Shown: positions 23,901 through 32,551 of the stretch, one piece after another | How the letters are laid out: every line of letters begins with the position of its first letter | Position numbering within the stretch: the stretch's first letter is position 1 | Assembly (NCBI GenBank): GCA_029268165.1 | Contig: JAJUGM010000001.1 | Location: 1 to 35,563, forward strand | From: Bacteroidota bacterium | GTDB lineage: Bacteria > Bacteroidota > Bacteroidia > Bacteroidales > UBA10428 | DNA: 35,563 bases | Direction: 5' to 3' | Notes under the pieces: model-generated | Database searches by the model: none | Told to the model about the DNA's origin: nothing | The model's input: only the letters and a program-made list of their open reading frames with translations | Program-made: the position numbers and the translations under genes

Positions 23901-25413
23901 TACGATTACCTGAAAGATTTTCAAGAACCGAGTAAAGTTTCAGTTGAGGTGTGTATATATAAATAATACCTGATTTTGTTGCCATCCAAACATATCCATT
24001 TTTATCCTGATAAATACATCTGATCACATTATCTGCAAGATTTTCAATGTCGGGCTTAGGAATAATCTGTTTGAAGGAAGGATTGGCAAGTATAACCTTG
24101 TTGATGCCGCCGTTGAACTGCACGGTTCCTACCCAAAGCAGCCCTGATTTGTCTTCAGTAATGCAATGAACAAAATTTGAACTTATGGTATATGGCGTAT
24201 TCGGTTTATTGCGGTAAAAAGTGAACTCATCCTTTAAACGGTTATATAATGCCAGACCACCGCCATGAGTTCCAATCCAAAGGTTTTTATTACGATCTTC
24301 ATAAATATAAGGTCTTTCATCGTCAATCAGAGGCTGTATTTCTTTGGGCGTAAGGGTATAATGCCTGGCCATTCCGTTTTCCGGATTTATTCTCACTATA
24401 CCATATTTCTCAGTTTTAAGCCAGATCATACCGTAACTGTCTTCAAATAATGAAATGGTATGAAGGCCATAATTGCTAATTCGGACCAGCTTTTTATCAC
24501 CAGCATTAATAATAAATGTCCCATGGCCATTTGTTCCAACAATCACAATATTTTTATTCCTTACTTTTCTAAGCATGTTAATTTCACAATTTTTCAACGA
24601 GTTTAAATAAGGAATATCCTCAGTTATTCTTTTGGTTTTCAGATTATAAAAAAGGACGCCGTTGTTATGGGTACCAAACAGGATAAAGTCATCAATAACT
24701 GTTGCGCAGCTAAACCGGTAGCTGGCAAAATAGTGCTGAAAGAAAGGTTTTTCTTTAACTGACTCGGTTTTGGAGAGGTAATTAAGGCCCTGGCGTGTGC
24801 CTATCCATATATTATTATATGGGTCAGAAATAATAAAATTAACGGTATTGTTTGATATACTGCTGGGACCTCTGCTGAGGAACTGCATACTATTGTACCG
24901 GCGCGTAGCCGGATTAAAGCGGAGAACATATACACCTGAATTACTTGAACCAAGCCATATTTCATTTTTTGAGGGCTGATGAAAACACTGGATGAAACTG
25001 TTTTTCTCTTCAGCTGATTTGTTATAATTCGGAAAAGAGATAAATTCCTCAGTTTGGGGAATAAAATAATGATAATAGCCTTCGTAAGTTTTAACCCAAA
25101 GAAAATTCAGAGAATCTTCCCAAATATCGGAAATGCGGTTATGGGTAAGCGTATTTTGCCTGCCTTCTTCAATTTTAAATATCCTGAAATTATATCCGTC
25201 ATACCTGTTTAATCCATCCATTGTGCCAATCCACATATATCCGGTATTGTCGCAAAACATGGTCAGTACATTATTTTGCGAAAGGCCGTGGCTGGTATTG
25301 ATATGTTCAAAACGTTCAATTTCAATGGCGTGGGAATAGCAGAAAACAAAACCTGCCAAGAATAACAGATAAAGCTTTTTAAACCTAAATAGATATCTGT
25401 GCTGACAATTCAT
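20980..25413 (-). CDS. Hybrid two-component system sensor histidine kinase / response regulator with an AraC-type output (HTCS)
   Basis: About 1477 aa. The periplasmic part has many beta-propeller sensor repeats (WIGT/WVGT/WMGT...GL motifs) followed by a Y_Y_Y-like module (YKFILKNFEETWNEIG...YIFMVKA). A transmembrane segment follows (IISGLIIILLLLIS). Cytoplasmic modules are an H-box (FFTNISHEIRTPLTLI), an ATPase (VVSDQGPGIP, GTGIGLNL), a receiver (MLVVEDN...IITDIMMPQMDG...ILKPF) and a C-terminal AraC helix-turn-helix (AFMTGFNDVKYFSKCFKHMFGMTPAEY). The track start TTG 25437 is replaced by ATG 25413. Confidence 0.9.
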   Translation of the reverse strand: MNCQHRYLFRFKKLYLLFLAGFVFCYSHAIEIERFEHINTSHGLSQNNVLTMFCDNTGYMWIGTMDGLNRYDGYNFRIFKIEEGRQNTLTHNRISDIWEDSLNFLWVKTYEGYYHYFIPQTEEFISFPNYNKSAEEKNSFIQCFHQPSKNEIWLGSSNSGVYVLRFNPATRRYNSMQFLSRGPSSISNNTVNFIISDPYNNIWIGTRQGLNYLSKTESVKEKPFFQHYFASYRFSCATVIDDFILFGTHNNGVLFYNLKTKRITEDIPYLNSLKNCEINMLRKVRNKNIVIVGTNGHGTFIINAGDKKLVRISNYGLHTISLFEDSYGMIWLKTEKYGIVRINPENGMARHYTLTPKEIQPLIDDERPYIYEDRNKNLWIGTHGGGLALYNRLKDEFTFYRNKPNTPYTISSNFVHCITEDKSGLLWVGTVQFNGGINKVILANPSFKQIIPKPDIENLADNVIRCIYQDKNGYVWMATKSGIIYIYTPQLKLYSVLENLSGNRKVLAYNVYTMMQDNQGYLWMGTKGGGVLVSTAPLGNNGTGYNNLQFYIYQHNADNTYSLSNNFVYSIIQDSKNNIWIGTYGGGINKVIARTQNELKCYRINTENSNLSNDHVRFLFEDSHSRLWIATTFGLNLMEKYPSDNDSLLFRTFLFDPQNINSISYNDIIHIYEDAHNRLWFGTFGGGLNQLTSLNAVSAIFSHFRQREGLSNDAVFAILEDAKGTIWVSTEKGISTINLINNTFKNYNVNSGLYSDNFNENTCCKLRDGKLLFGSINGTLVINPDQIINANYTPPLVFTNFQLFNRPVDFRDPEAPIKAHISTLDTIILNYNQSSFSIEYAALSYFAPNQNQYKFILKNFEETWNEIGSQTKATYTNLSPGKYIFMVKAASWDGTWNDSPRTLHIIIRPPWWKTTTSNIISGLIIILLLLISRKLFLNYYKLQNDLKVERRINDIKLQFFTNISHEIRTPLTLILGPIEDIKTIKSLPAFVNERINIIERNGKRMLRLINQLLEFRKVQKSKMKLNVEEVDLVQFVEEICAHFHPIARQKRIDFRFSHNGENVKVFVDTKKFDSVIFNVLSNAFKYTKEEKKITVKIQPYNEKFVDIVVSDQGPGIPKDKLDILFQRFTPLSVNHGSLDGTGIGLNLSYEIMKLHKGEILVQSEPGKGSVFTIRTRLGKDHYAADEFKVENDTSDVKHILPIENADFDTESAQIYSGNDNAKPKMLVVEDNIEIIIYVRNIFETYFEIKTAKNGSEALACLQEFHPDIIITDIMMPQMDGIEMTKRIKENFETSHIPVVMLTAKSAIEDQIIGIESGAEAYILKPFNSIYLNTVVKNLIKQRENIIRKYRDKSPVQFDEIKITPRDEEFLHNIMGIIEKHYADPSFNVEKMVELSAYSRTVFYNKLKGLTGLSPVDFLRQARLKIASEILVKGGRGVSETAFMTGFNDVKYFSKCFKHMFGMTPAEYKKVESARRQA

Positions 25414-25685
25414 GAAAATATTGAAATACTTTAACAAATTTACTAAAAAAGGCTTTATATTCTTACAGCATTATTATTTTCGTCCTTTAGGCATAATATC
25501 ATATCAAAAGAGTCTTCAGATACGGATAAGTAAATTCGGGCTGTCACTTAATCTCATCATTTTATGATTCGCTTTAATGTAATCATCATATACAGAACAC
25601 GTTATACTTTCTTTTGAAAACTCTGTTAAGTAATCTGACCACCAAAAAGCGATAATTTGTCACCCCCTGAAAGTTGAAACAGCAT

Positions 25686-25693
25686 TAATTTTG
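25686..25693 (+). promoter_or_regulatory. Match to the Bacteroidetes -7 promoter consensus TAnnTTTG upstream of the GH105-SusC-SusD unit
   Basis: TAATTTTG ends 23 nt before the GH105 ATG (25717), in the region divergent from the HTCS gene. A TTTG at 25656-25659 is a possible -33 element, but it lies farther from the -7 box than I recall being typical. Low specificity. Confidence 0.3.
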
Positions 25694-25716
25694 GTAACAA
25701 CTAAAATAATCAATTT

Positions 25717-26883
25717 ATGATGAGATTATATTTTAAAATTATTCTCATTGCTTTATTTGTTTTATCGTGTTCACATCATTCACCCGAAAATACTGAATCC
25801 TGGGCTGTTAAAATGGCCAATGCCATAATAAAAAGATATGACAGTCTGATGTATTACAATGGCTTTTCACCCGGATGGCAATATGATATTGCCATGCTTG
25901 GGCAAACAATTGATAAGTTGGGATTTATTGATACTATTTATACAAAATATCACGAGGACTACCTGAACCACTTTGTAACCGATTCAGGGATAAAAAAATA
26001 TAAGCTAGAAGATTATAATCTCGATAATGTCAATCCTGCAAAAGGATTAATTACCTTATATAAAAGGACAGGTAAGGAAAAGTATCTTAATGCTATAAAC
26101 ATAATTATAAAACAACTTGAAAATCAGCCCCGTACGCATTCAGGGGGTTACTGGCATAAAAAGAGGTATCCGTGGCAGATGTGGCTTGATGGAGTGTATA
26201 TGTCTTCTCCCTTTTTAGCCCAGTATGCCAATGAATTTAACAAACCCGCATGGTTTGATACTGTGGCATTTCAGATTATGCACATTTATTCAAATACTCG
26301 TGACCCGAGAACAGGATTGCTTTACCATGCATGGGATGAGTCGAGATCACAACGCTGGTGTGATCCAGGGACAGGCAGGTCAAAAGAATTCTGGGGAAGA
26401 GCCATGGGATGGTATCTGATGGCTATTGTTGATGTGCTTGATTATTTGCCTGCTGACTACCCCAAAAGAGACTCTATAATCAATATTCTGTTGAATACTT
26501 CTGAAGCATTGCTGCGTGTTCGTGACCCAAAAACCGGATTGTGGTTTCAGGTTCTTGATAAAGGGGGACAGAAAGGTAACTATATCGAAGGTTCATGCTC
26601 GGCAATGTTTACTTATGTATTTGCCAAAGGAGCCAAAAAAGGCTATCTGCCCTCAAAATTTCTTGACATTTCCAAAAAGTCTTTCCTTTCGATGATTGAT
26701 AATTTTATTATTACTGGTGATGACGGAATGCCTGTAATGACAAATATATGCGGCGCCGCAGGCCTTGGAGGGAATCCATACCGCGATGGAAGTTATGAAT
26801 ATTATATAGGTGAAAGAAAAGTAAATAATGACCCCAAAGGTGTTGCTCCTTTTATTATGGCTGCCATGGAATTGAATATGTAA
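25717..26883 (+). CDS. Glycoside hydrolase family 105 unsaturated rhamnogalacturonyl hydrolase (YteR/YesR-like), probable lipoprotein
   Basis: 388 aa with a lipoprotein-type signal (ALFVLSCSHH). GH105 motifs: YPWQMWLDGVYMSSPFLAQY, GLLYHAWDES, FWGRAMGWYLMAIVDVL, CSAMFTYVFAKG. Confidence 0.85.
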   Translation: MMRLYFKIILIALFVLSCSHHSPENTESWAVKMANAIIKRYDSLMYYNGFSPGWQYDIAMLGQTIDKLGFIDTIYTKYHEDYLNHFVTDSGIKKYKLEDYNLDNVNPAKGLITLYKRTGKEKYLNAINIIIKQLENQPRTHSGGYWHKKRYPWQMWLDGVYMSSPFLAQYANEFNKPAWFDTVAFQIMHIYSNTRDPRTGLLYHAWDESRSQRWCDPGTGRSKEFWGRAMGWYLMAIVDVLDYLPADYPKRDSIINILLNTSEALLRVRDPKTGLWFQVLDKGGQKGNYIEGSCSAMFTYVFAKGAKKGYLPSKFLDISKKSFLSMIDNFIITGDDGMPVMTNICGAAGLGGNPYRDGSYEYYIGERKVNNDPKGVAPFIMAAMELNM

Positions 26884-26978
26884 GCATAGAAAATTATTAT
26901 GAAATTCATTAACTTAAATATGATTAATTCAGTGATTAGACATTTTATCTTAACCTTATAAATAATTAAAAGAAAGCT

Positions 26979-29900
26979 ATGAAAAAAAAACTAATTAATT
27001 ACAGACAGAGCTTGTGTAAACGCATAACTGTCTTATCCGCTTTTTTTCTTTTTATTTTGCCTATCACGCTATTGGGACAAATAAAAATTTCAGGTACTGT
27101 AGCTGATGCTACTGACGGTACACCCTTGCCAGGAGCGAATATTGTAATTAAAGGAACCACCTTAGGAACTGTTACTGACCAGAACGGGGCTTTTACTCTT
27201 GAAGCGCCATCTGATGCAGTTCTTGTTGTGTCATATGTGGGTTATCTTACTGAAGAAATTGAGGTAGGAGGCAGGCAAAAGATTGATATTGTCATGGCGC
27301 CCGACCTGGCCAAACTTGAAGAGGTTGTTGTTGTGGGTTATGGTACGATGCGGAAAACGGACGTAACAGGCGCAGTATCGTCATTAAGGGAAGATGACAT
27401 AAAAAGCCTTAAATCATCAAATGCTGTTGAAGCGTTACAAGGGAAAATTGCCGGTGTTGATATGACCCGTAGCGACGGCCGCGCAGGCTCGGGATACAAC
27501 ATACTCATCCGCGGAGCGCGTTCCTTTTCGGCATCCAATGATCCTATTTATATTGTTGATGGAGTGGATTACGGAAGTAATATTAATATCAATCCTAATG
27601 ACATTGCCTCAATAGATGTACTGAAAGACGCTTCATCTACAGCTATATACGGTTCACGGGGCGCTAATGGAGTAGTTCTGATTACTACTAAAAAAGGCAA
27701 TCAGGGGAAAACTATGGTGAATTTCAATACCTATTATGGCTTTACCACACCACTGGGTAAACTTCCTATGGGTGATGCAGAATATTACCTAAGAATGATA
27801 AGGGACACTTATAGGACCAATAATCCTGCCTATTGGGATTCAGCCGATTCGCAGGTGCCTATACTTTCCCTGCTTTATCCTGAAGAAATTGAAGGATATA
27901 ACAATGGCACTGATTTCGACTGGATTGATGCACAAATGAAAGATCATGGAAGCCAGCAGGATTATTATTTATCGGTATCAGGCGGGGGAGAAAAATCAAA
28001 TTATCTGGTGTCTCTGAATCATTTTGTGGAAGATAATTATATACCCAATGACAATTATAAAAGATATTCAATCAAGTCGGATGTAAATACTAAAGTGGGT
28101 AAGTTATTTGAAATGGGTAATTCCACCTTTATATCTTATAGTCTATTAAACCGTGGGGAAAGTATTAATTATAATTTTATTCCTTTGGTAACACCCTTTG
28201 ATGAGAATGGCGATTTAATACCAGTACCGAATAGTCGCGTACCTTTCAGCAATATGCTTATTGACCAGGATCCAAAATACAGATCCAATGAAAATTCACG
28301 GACAGGTTTGTTTTCTACTTTTTATGGGCAATTGAATTTATTACCGGGCCTGTCCTTTAAATCGTCATTTAATGTAAATATGGATTTTCAGCGAATCGGC
28401 ACTTATACCGGTGAATATGAAGGTTTAGCCAGGTCGAATGAATCTGATCTGACCATAATCAATAATTATAAATGGACATGGACGAATATCCTTACATATG
28501 ATAAAACCTTTAACAATCATCATATTTTGGCCACAGCTGCCACAGAAACACGTTATAGCCTTACCGAAAGATTTTACCAGGCCGGTCAGGATCTGGATTT
28601 AGGAGAATTCAAATGGTTTGCCATTCGTACCAGTGATCCGGCCCAATTAACTATTAATGATCAGCAAAGCCCATATACCAAATCTACAATGGTTTCTTTT
28701 ATAGGCCGGCTCAATTACAGTTTTAAGGAAAAATACCTGGCTACTTTTACAGGAAGGTACGACGGAGCATCACAACTGAAAGAAAAATGGGACTTTTTCC
28801 CGTCGGTATCAGTAGGCTGGAGAATTAGCGAGGAAAGCTTCATGAAAGGGTTAGTATTCCTTTCAAACTTAAAATTAAGAGTTGGATATGGTTTGACGGG
28901 TAATTATTCTGTTGCCCCCTATTCTTCAATGGGTTCAACAACCGATTATCCGTTATATTATCAGTTTGGTATTACCGAAACCACTTTAAACGGATACCGT
29001 ACTGGTCAATTATCTACTTCTCCAAAATGGGAAAAATCAGCCGCTACAAACTTTGGTATCGATTTTGGTGTTCTTAGAAACAGGATATCAGGTAGTTTGG
29101 AGGTTTATAAAGTACACACTACTGATATTTTACAGGAAGTTATTTTGCCTCCCACATCAGCTGTTACGTCAGTAATTGAAAATATTGGGGAAACAAAAGG
29201 AAATGGTGTGGAATTAACCATAAATTCTGTAAATATACAAACGAAAAATTTCAAATGGTCAACTAGTATCACCTTCAGCCGGAGCACTGAAGAAATTACA
29301 TATCTTGCTGGTGGTGTAACACAGGATGTTGTTAACGGATGGTTTGTCGGACATCCATTACAGGTTTTTTATGATTGGGACAAAATTGGTATCTGGCAAA
29401 CCAATGAGGCAGAAAAAGCAACATTATATGGAAGTGTGCCGGGTGATATAAAGTTAAAAGATGTTAATACTGATACCTTAATAGACGAGGATGATCGAGT
29501 AATTTTGGGAACTCCAAGACCGAAATGGACGGGCGGGCTCAATTCAACAATAAGTTATAAAGACTTTGATTTTTCATTTTTTGTTTATGCCCGCATGGGT
29601 CAAATGATTATGGATGTTGTTGAGGGAATGTGGAGCCCCGATTGCCGTGAAAATTCCGTGGAGCGTGATTACTGGACTCCCAATAATCCCACAAACGACT
29701 ATCCGAGAATTAATCCGGGTTTAACCCGCAGCGGATGGAGCAAAGCAACAACCCTGCAATATCAGGATGGTTCGTTTGTCAAAATCAAAGATATAACACT
29801 GGGTTATAAAATTCCCGCTCATATTACCAGTAAAATATCTGTTTCTTCATTACGTGTTTACATTTCAGCAAAGAATTATTTTGTATTTGGGAAGAATTTT

Positions 29901-30005
29901 TCCAAGGGACGTTATGACCCCGAAGCTGTCAACAGTGCAGGAAGAAGTAACGTAGGATTTCCTGCACCCAAAATGATTGCCATAGGAGCCAATGTTACTT
30001 TTTAA
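26979..30005 (+). CDS. SusC/RagA-family TonB-dependent outer-membrane transporter
   Basis: 1008 aa with a signal peptide. Carboxypeptidase-regulatory-like N-domain: ISGTVADATDGTPLPGANIVIKGTTLGTVTDQNGAFTL. Plug region: VVVVGYGTMRKTDVTGAVSSL, IRGARS, IYIVDGV, DIASIDVLKDASSTAIYGSRGANGVVLITTKKG. The barrel ends in a terminal Phe (GANVTF). There is no STN/anti-sigma N-terminal extension. Confidence 0.92.
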   Translation: MKKKLINYRQSLCKRITVLSAFFLFILPITLLGQIKISGTVADATDGTPLPGANIVIKGTTLGTVTDQNGAFTLEAPSDAVLVVSYVGYLTEEIEVGGRQKIDIVMAPDLAKLEEVVVVGYGTMRKTDVTGAVSSLREDDIKSLKSSNAVEALQGKIAGVDMTRSDGRAGSGYNILIRGARSFSASNDPIYIVDGVDYGSNININPNDIASIDVLKDASSTAIYGSRGANGVVLITTKKGNQGKTMVNFNTYYGFTTPLGKLPMGDAEYYLRMIRDTYRTNNPAYWDSADSQVPILSLLYPEEIEGYNNGTDFDWIDAQMKDHGSQQDYYLSVSGGGEKSNYLVSLNHFVEDNYIPNDNYKRYSIKSDVNTKVGKLFEMGNSTFISYSLLNRGESINYNFIPLVTPFDENGDLIPVPNSRVPFSNMLIDQDPKYRSNENSRTGLFSTFYGQLNLLPGLSFKSSFNVNMDFQRIGTYTGEYEGLARSNESDLTIINNYKWTWTNILTYDKTFNNHHILATAATETRYSLTERFYQAGQDLDLGEFKWFAIRTSDPAQLTINDQQSPYTKSTMVSFIGRLNYSFKEKYLATFTGRYDGASQLKEKWDFFPSVSVGWRISEESFMKGLVFLSNLKLRVGYGLTGNYSVAPYSSMGSTTDYPLYYQFGITETTLNGYRTGQLSTSPKWEKSAATNFGIDFGVLRNRISGSLEVYKVHTTDILQEVILPPTSAVTSVIENIGETKGNGVELTINSVNIQTKNFKWSTSITFSRSTEEITYLAGGVTQDVVNGWFVGHPLQVFYDWDKIGIWQTNEAEKATLYGSVPGDIKLKDVNTDTLIDEDDRVILGTPRPKWTGGLNSTISYKDFDFSFFVYARMGQMIMDVVEGMWSPDCRENSVERDYWTPNNPTNDYPRINPGLTRSGWSKATTLQYQDGSFVKIKDITLGYKIPAHITSKISVSSLRVYISAKNYFVFGKNFSKGRYDPEAVNSAGRSNVGFPAPKMIAIGANVTF

Positions 30006-30034
30006 GTCTAATCCAATAATTTTAACCATTAATT

Positions 30035-31918
30035 ATGATAAAAATGAAAGCATACAAAATAATATTACAGGTAATGGTGGCGCTTACACTAATAACCTCC
30101 TGTGAAAATTTCCTTGAGGAAGAATACAAAGGAGGTATGGCCACCGAAACATACTATCCCACACCCGATGGTATGGAAAATCTGGTTGCTGCATGTTATG
30201 CAACAAGCAAAATATGGTTTGCCAAGGAAGAAGGTTACGATTTCAGCGAACCTGGGACTGATATTTACGATTATGGCCAGCAGCATCCGCAGCAATACCA
30301 ATATACCTATACATCTGATTTCAATGCCACCAATTCAAGGCTAGTTATCCTCTGGATTGAATTCTACAAAGGTATCAATGCATGTAATGATGCCATCGAT
30401 GTACTTTCTGATCCTGAAAGAACACCTTTTGATGAGACAAAAACACGGACACGTTTGTCAGAAGTTCGCTTCCTGAGGGCTCTGTACAACTGGCTGATTG
30501 TTGAAACATGGGGTGGTGTTGAATTACGGACAGAGCCCATCACGGGAGTAGTAAAAACAGCTACCAGATCATCAGTTGAAGATTTTTACAAACTGATACT
30601 CGAGGACCTGGATTATGCAGTTGCTAATCTTGGCGATGACGTGAATACAGCCGCTGAAGATTACGGGAGGGTAAATAAACTTGCAGCCCTTGCTTTCCGT
30701 GCCCGAATGAGGCTCACATGGGCAAGCTACACAAACAATAATGCCCTTTATACGGGAGCCGCTGAAGATGCTGCTGCTGTTATAGCAAGCGGTAAGTTCA
30801 GTTTATACGATAATTATGCCGATGTGTGGGATATTAATAACAGAGACAATAATCAGGAAAATATCTGGGCAATTAATTATTCCCGGTCAACCTATGCTTT
30901 ACTGGGTGTGCCAACAAGCGAATATACAAAATATCAGCGTCCGAGCGATAAACCATGGGATGAAAGAGAAGGAGGACATCATGGGCACCTGATGTTTGGT
31001 ATGCAGTATGATGTATTTCCGGGTATGACAAGGGATATTGAAAACGGACGCCCGTTCAGAAGATATTCACCTACCAAATACCTGATTGACGCTTTTCATG
31101 AAGACGTGGACGAACGGTTTTACGGATCTTTCAAAACCACATGGTATAGTAATGCTGCACTTCTGGCCAAATATTCGTGGCCTGTTGTGGGCTATGATTA
31201 CCATGCTGATACTTTAGACCCATTATATGGCAAACCCTTCTTTGAAATTGGTGATACAGCAATACACTTAACAAAAGCGACTTATCCCGATAATATCCTG
31301 GTCCGTTCAGCCGATCTTGCGGCCAATTATTATTTCAATCTTGAAAAAGGTTACTGGGTACTTGATTACCCCCGGATGTTTAATGCTGACGGGACAATCA
31401 ATGATTTTGGTGCCTATAACCGTAATGTTTTCTTTGAATTGCACAAATTTTATGACAATACACGTCCTGCTGCCACCGATGCCGGTTCACAAAACGGCAT
31501 ACGCGATGCTATGGTTATGAGAATCTCAGAGATGTATCTGATAGCTGCTGAAGCTTTATGGAAAACAGGCCAGGCAGCCAGCGCATATAATGATTACCTG
31601 ATGCCGCTGGCCGACAAACGCTCATATAACGGAAATGGCGCCGCTATGCTTGCATCTTACGGTATTAACAGTGGCAGCGATTTAACCATGGATTACTTTT
31701 TGGATGAAAGAGCACGTGAATTCTGCGGCGAACAACTTCGCTGGTTCGACCTGAAACGACTTGGTACTGATGCTATGGTTGCCCGTATCAAACAATATGC
31801 AGGAAATGCGCTGGCCCGTGAAAATTTCGATGCCCATTTCACTGTAAGACCTATTCCTCAGGTTCAGCTTGATGCTGTTACCAATAAAGATGAGTTTACA
31901 CAAAACCCCGGATACTGA
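30035..31918 (+). CDS. SusD/RagB-family outer-membrane nutrient-binding lipoprotein
   Basis: 627 aa starting 29 bp after the susC-like stop. Lipoprotein signal: VALTLITSCENF. Typical SusD features: RFLRALYNWLIVETWG, MRISEMYLIAAEA, ERAREFCGEQLRWFDLKRLG, and the C-terminal NPGY. Confidence 0.9.
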   Translation: MIKMKAYKIILQVMVALTLITSCENFLEEEYKGGMATETYYPTPDGMENLVAACYATSKIWFAKEEGYDFSEPGTDIYDYGQQHPQQYQYTYTSDFNATNSRLVILWIEFYKGINACNDAIDVLSDPERTPFDETKTRTRLSEVRFLRALYNWLIVETWGGVELRTEPITGVVKTATRSSVEDFYKLILEDLDYAVANLGDDVNTAAEDYGRVNKLAALAFRARMRLTWASYTNNNALYTGAAEDAAAVIASGKFSLYDNYADVWDINNRDNNQENIWAINYSRSTYALLGVPTSEYTKYQRPSDKPWDEREGGHHGHLMFGMQYDVFPGMTRDIENGRPFRRYSPTKYLIDAFHEDVDERFYGSFKTTWYSNAALLAKYSWPVVGYDYHADTLDPLYGKPFFEIGDTAIHLTKATYPDNILVRSADLAANYYFNLEKGYWVLDYPRMFNADGTINDFGAYNRNVFFELHKFYDNTRPAATDAGSQNGIRDAMVMRISEMYLIAAEALWKTGQAASAYNDYLMPLADKRSYNGNGAAMLASYGINSGSDLTMDYFLDERAREFCGEQLRWFDLKRLGTDAMVARIKQYAGNALARENFDAHFTVRPIPQVQLDAVTNKDEFTQNPGY

Positions 31919-31945
31919 TTTTTAGTTAATAATGGTGATTACATT

Positions 31946-31977
31946 AAGGAGGGATATGTATTTATCCCTCTTTTTTG
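31946..31977 (+). terminator. Rho-independent terminator after the SusD-like gene
   Basis: The stem GAGGGATA (31949-31956) pairs with TATCCCTC (31963-31970) around a 6-nt loop and is followed by TTTTTTG. It begins about 28 nt after the stop codon. Confidence 0.7.
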
Positions 31978-32251
31978 TCTTAAACAGTCAATGTTTTACT
32001 CCGACACATCAAATCAGAAAAACAAGATAACAGTATTTTTTATTCATTCTACTTGGGTGATACCCGGATTTGTCATTAGCCTTATTTTTCTGAGGACCGC
32101 CATTAGAAAAATTTGTTGTTTTATCATTGAAACCCCATCCTGAAATCTCAGGACAAATAATCATGCAGATAATCCAGAGCTTTCGGGATGGTGTTCTCTT
32201 GGACCTTAATAAACAAAAAAACATTTTCTAAGGAATATTAACCCAAGTACG

Positions 32252-32473
32252 ATGAATTTACAAATTCATTCGGGCGCATAAAAATAATTGTTCGCGGAAT
32301 TTTGACGAGTAGGATTGAATGGTGATGGGGCTTTACCCCATACCCACATCCTTTTTTGTGTCAGGATAAAAAGTATATGAAGCTTGGGGTATAACCCCAT
32401 CGCTATTCTCTCCTGCATACCAAAATTTCTCTAAAAATAATTTTTATTCGCCTTAATGAATTTGATTATTCAT
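32252..32473. repeat. About 222-bp imperfect palindrome: two roughly 90-bp inverted arms, each with its own small GGGG/CCCC hairpin, around a roughly 42-bp spacer
   Basis: The left arm (32252-32341) aligns without gaps to the reverse complement of the right arm (32384-32473) at 67 of 90 positions, counted by hand. Each arm contains GATGGGG-N5-CCCCA: GATGGGGCTTTACCCCA on the left, and TGGGGTATAACCCCATC on the right, whose reverse complement GATGGGGTTATACCCCA fits the same pattern. The stem is conserved and the loop differs. Confidence 0.7.
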
Positions 32474-32493
32474 TATACAAAAGTTTATAAAAC

Positions 32494-32524
32494 AAAAAAG
32501 CCGCCATATCAATAGCGGCTTTTG
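32494..32524 (-). terminator. Rho-independent (bidirectional-looking) terminator after the minus-strand T9SS-cargo gene
   Basis: AAAAAA-GCCGC-(10-nt loop)-GCGGC-TTTT. On the minus strand the GC stem is followed by a T6 run. It lies 28 nt downstream of the stop at 32552. Confidence 0.7.
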
Positions 32525-32551
32525 GTACAAAAACTAAATATAATAAGATGT

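Noticed and set aside
31991-32224. Two small ORFs in the orphan intergenic region: 71 aa on the minus strand (32009-32224) and 50 aa on the plus strand (31991-32143, MFYSDTSNQK...).
   Set aside because: They overlap each other on opposite strands, so at most one can be real. Neither has a recognisable motif or an upstream promoter match, and the plus-strand ORF begins immediately after the SusD terminator. Coding status cannot be supported from sequence alone.
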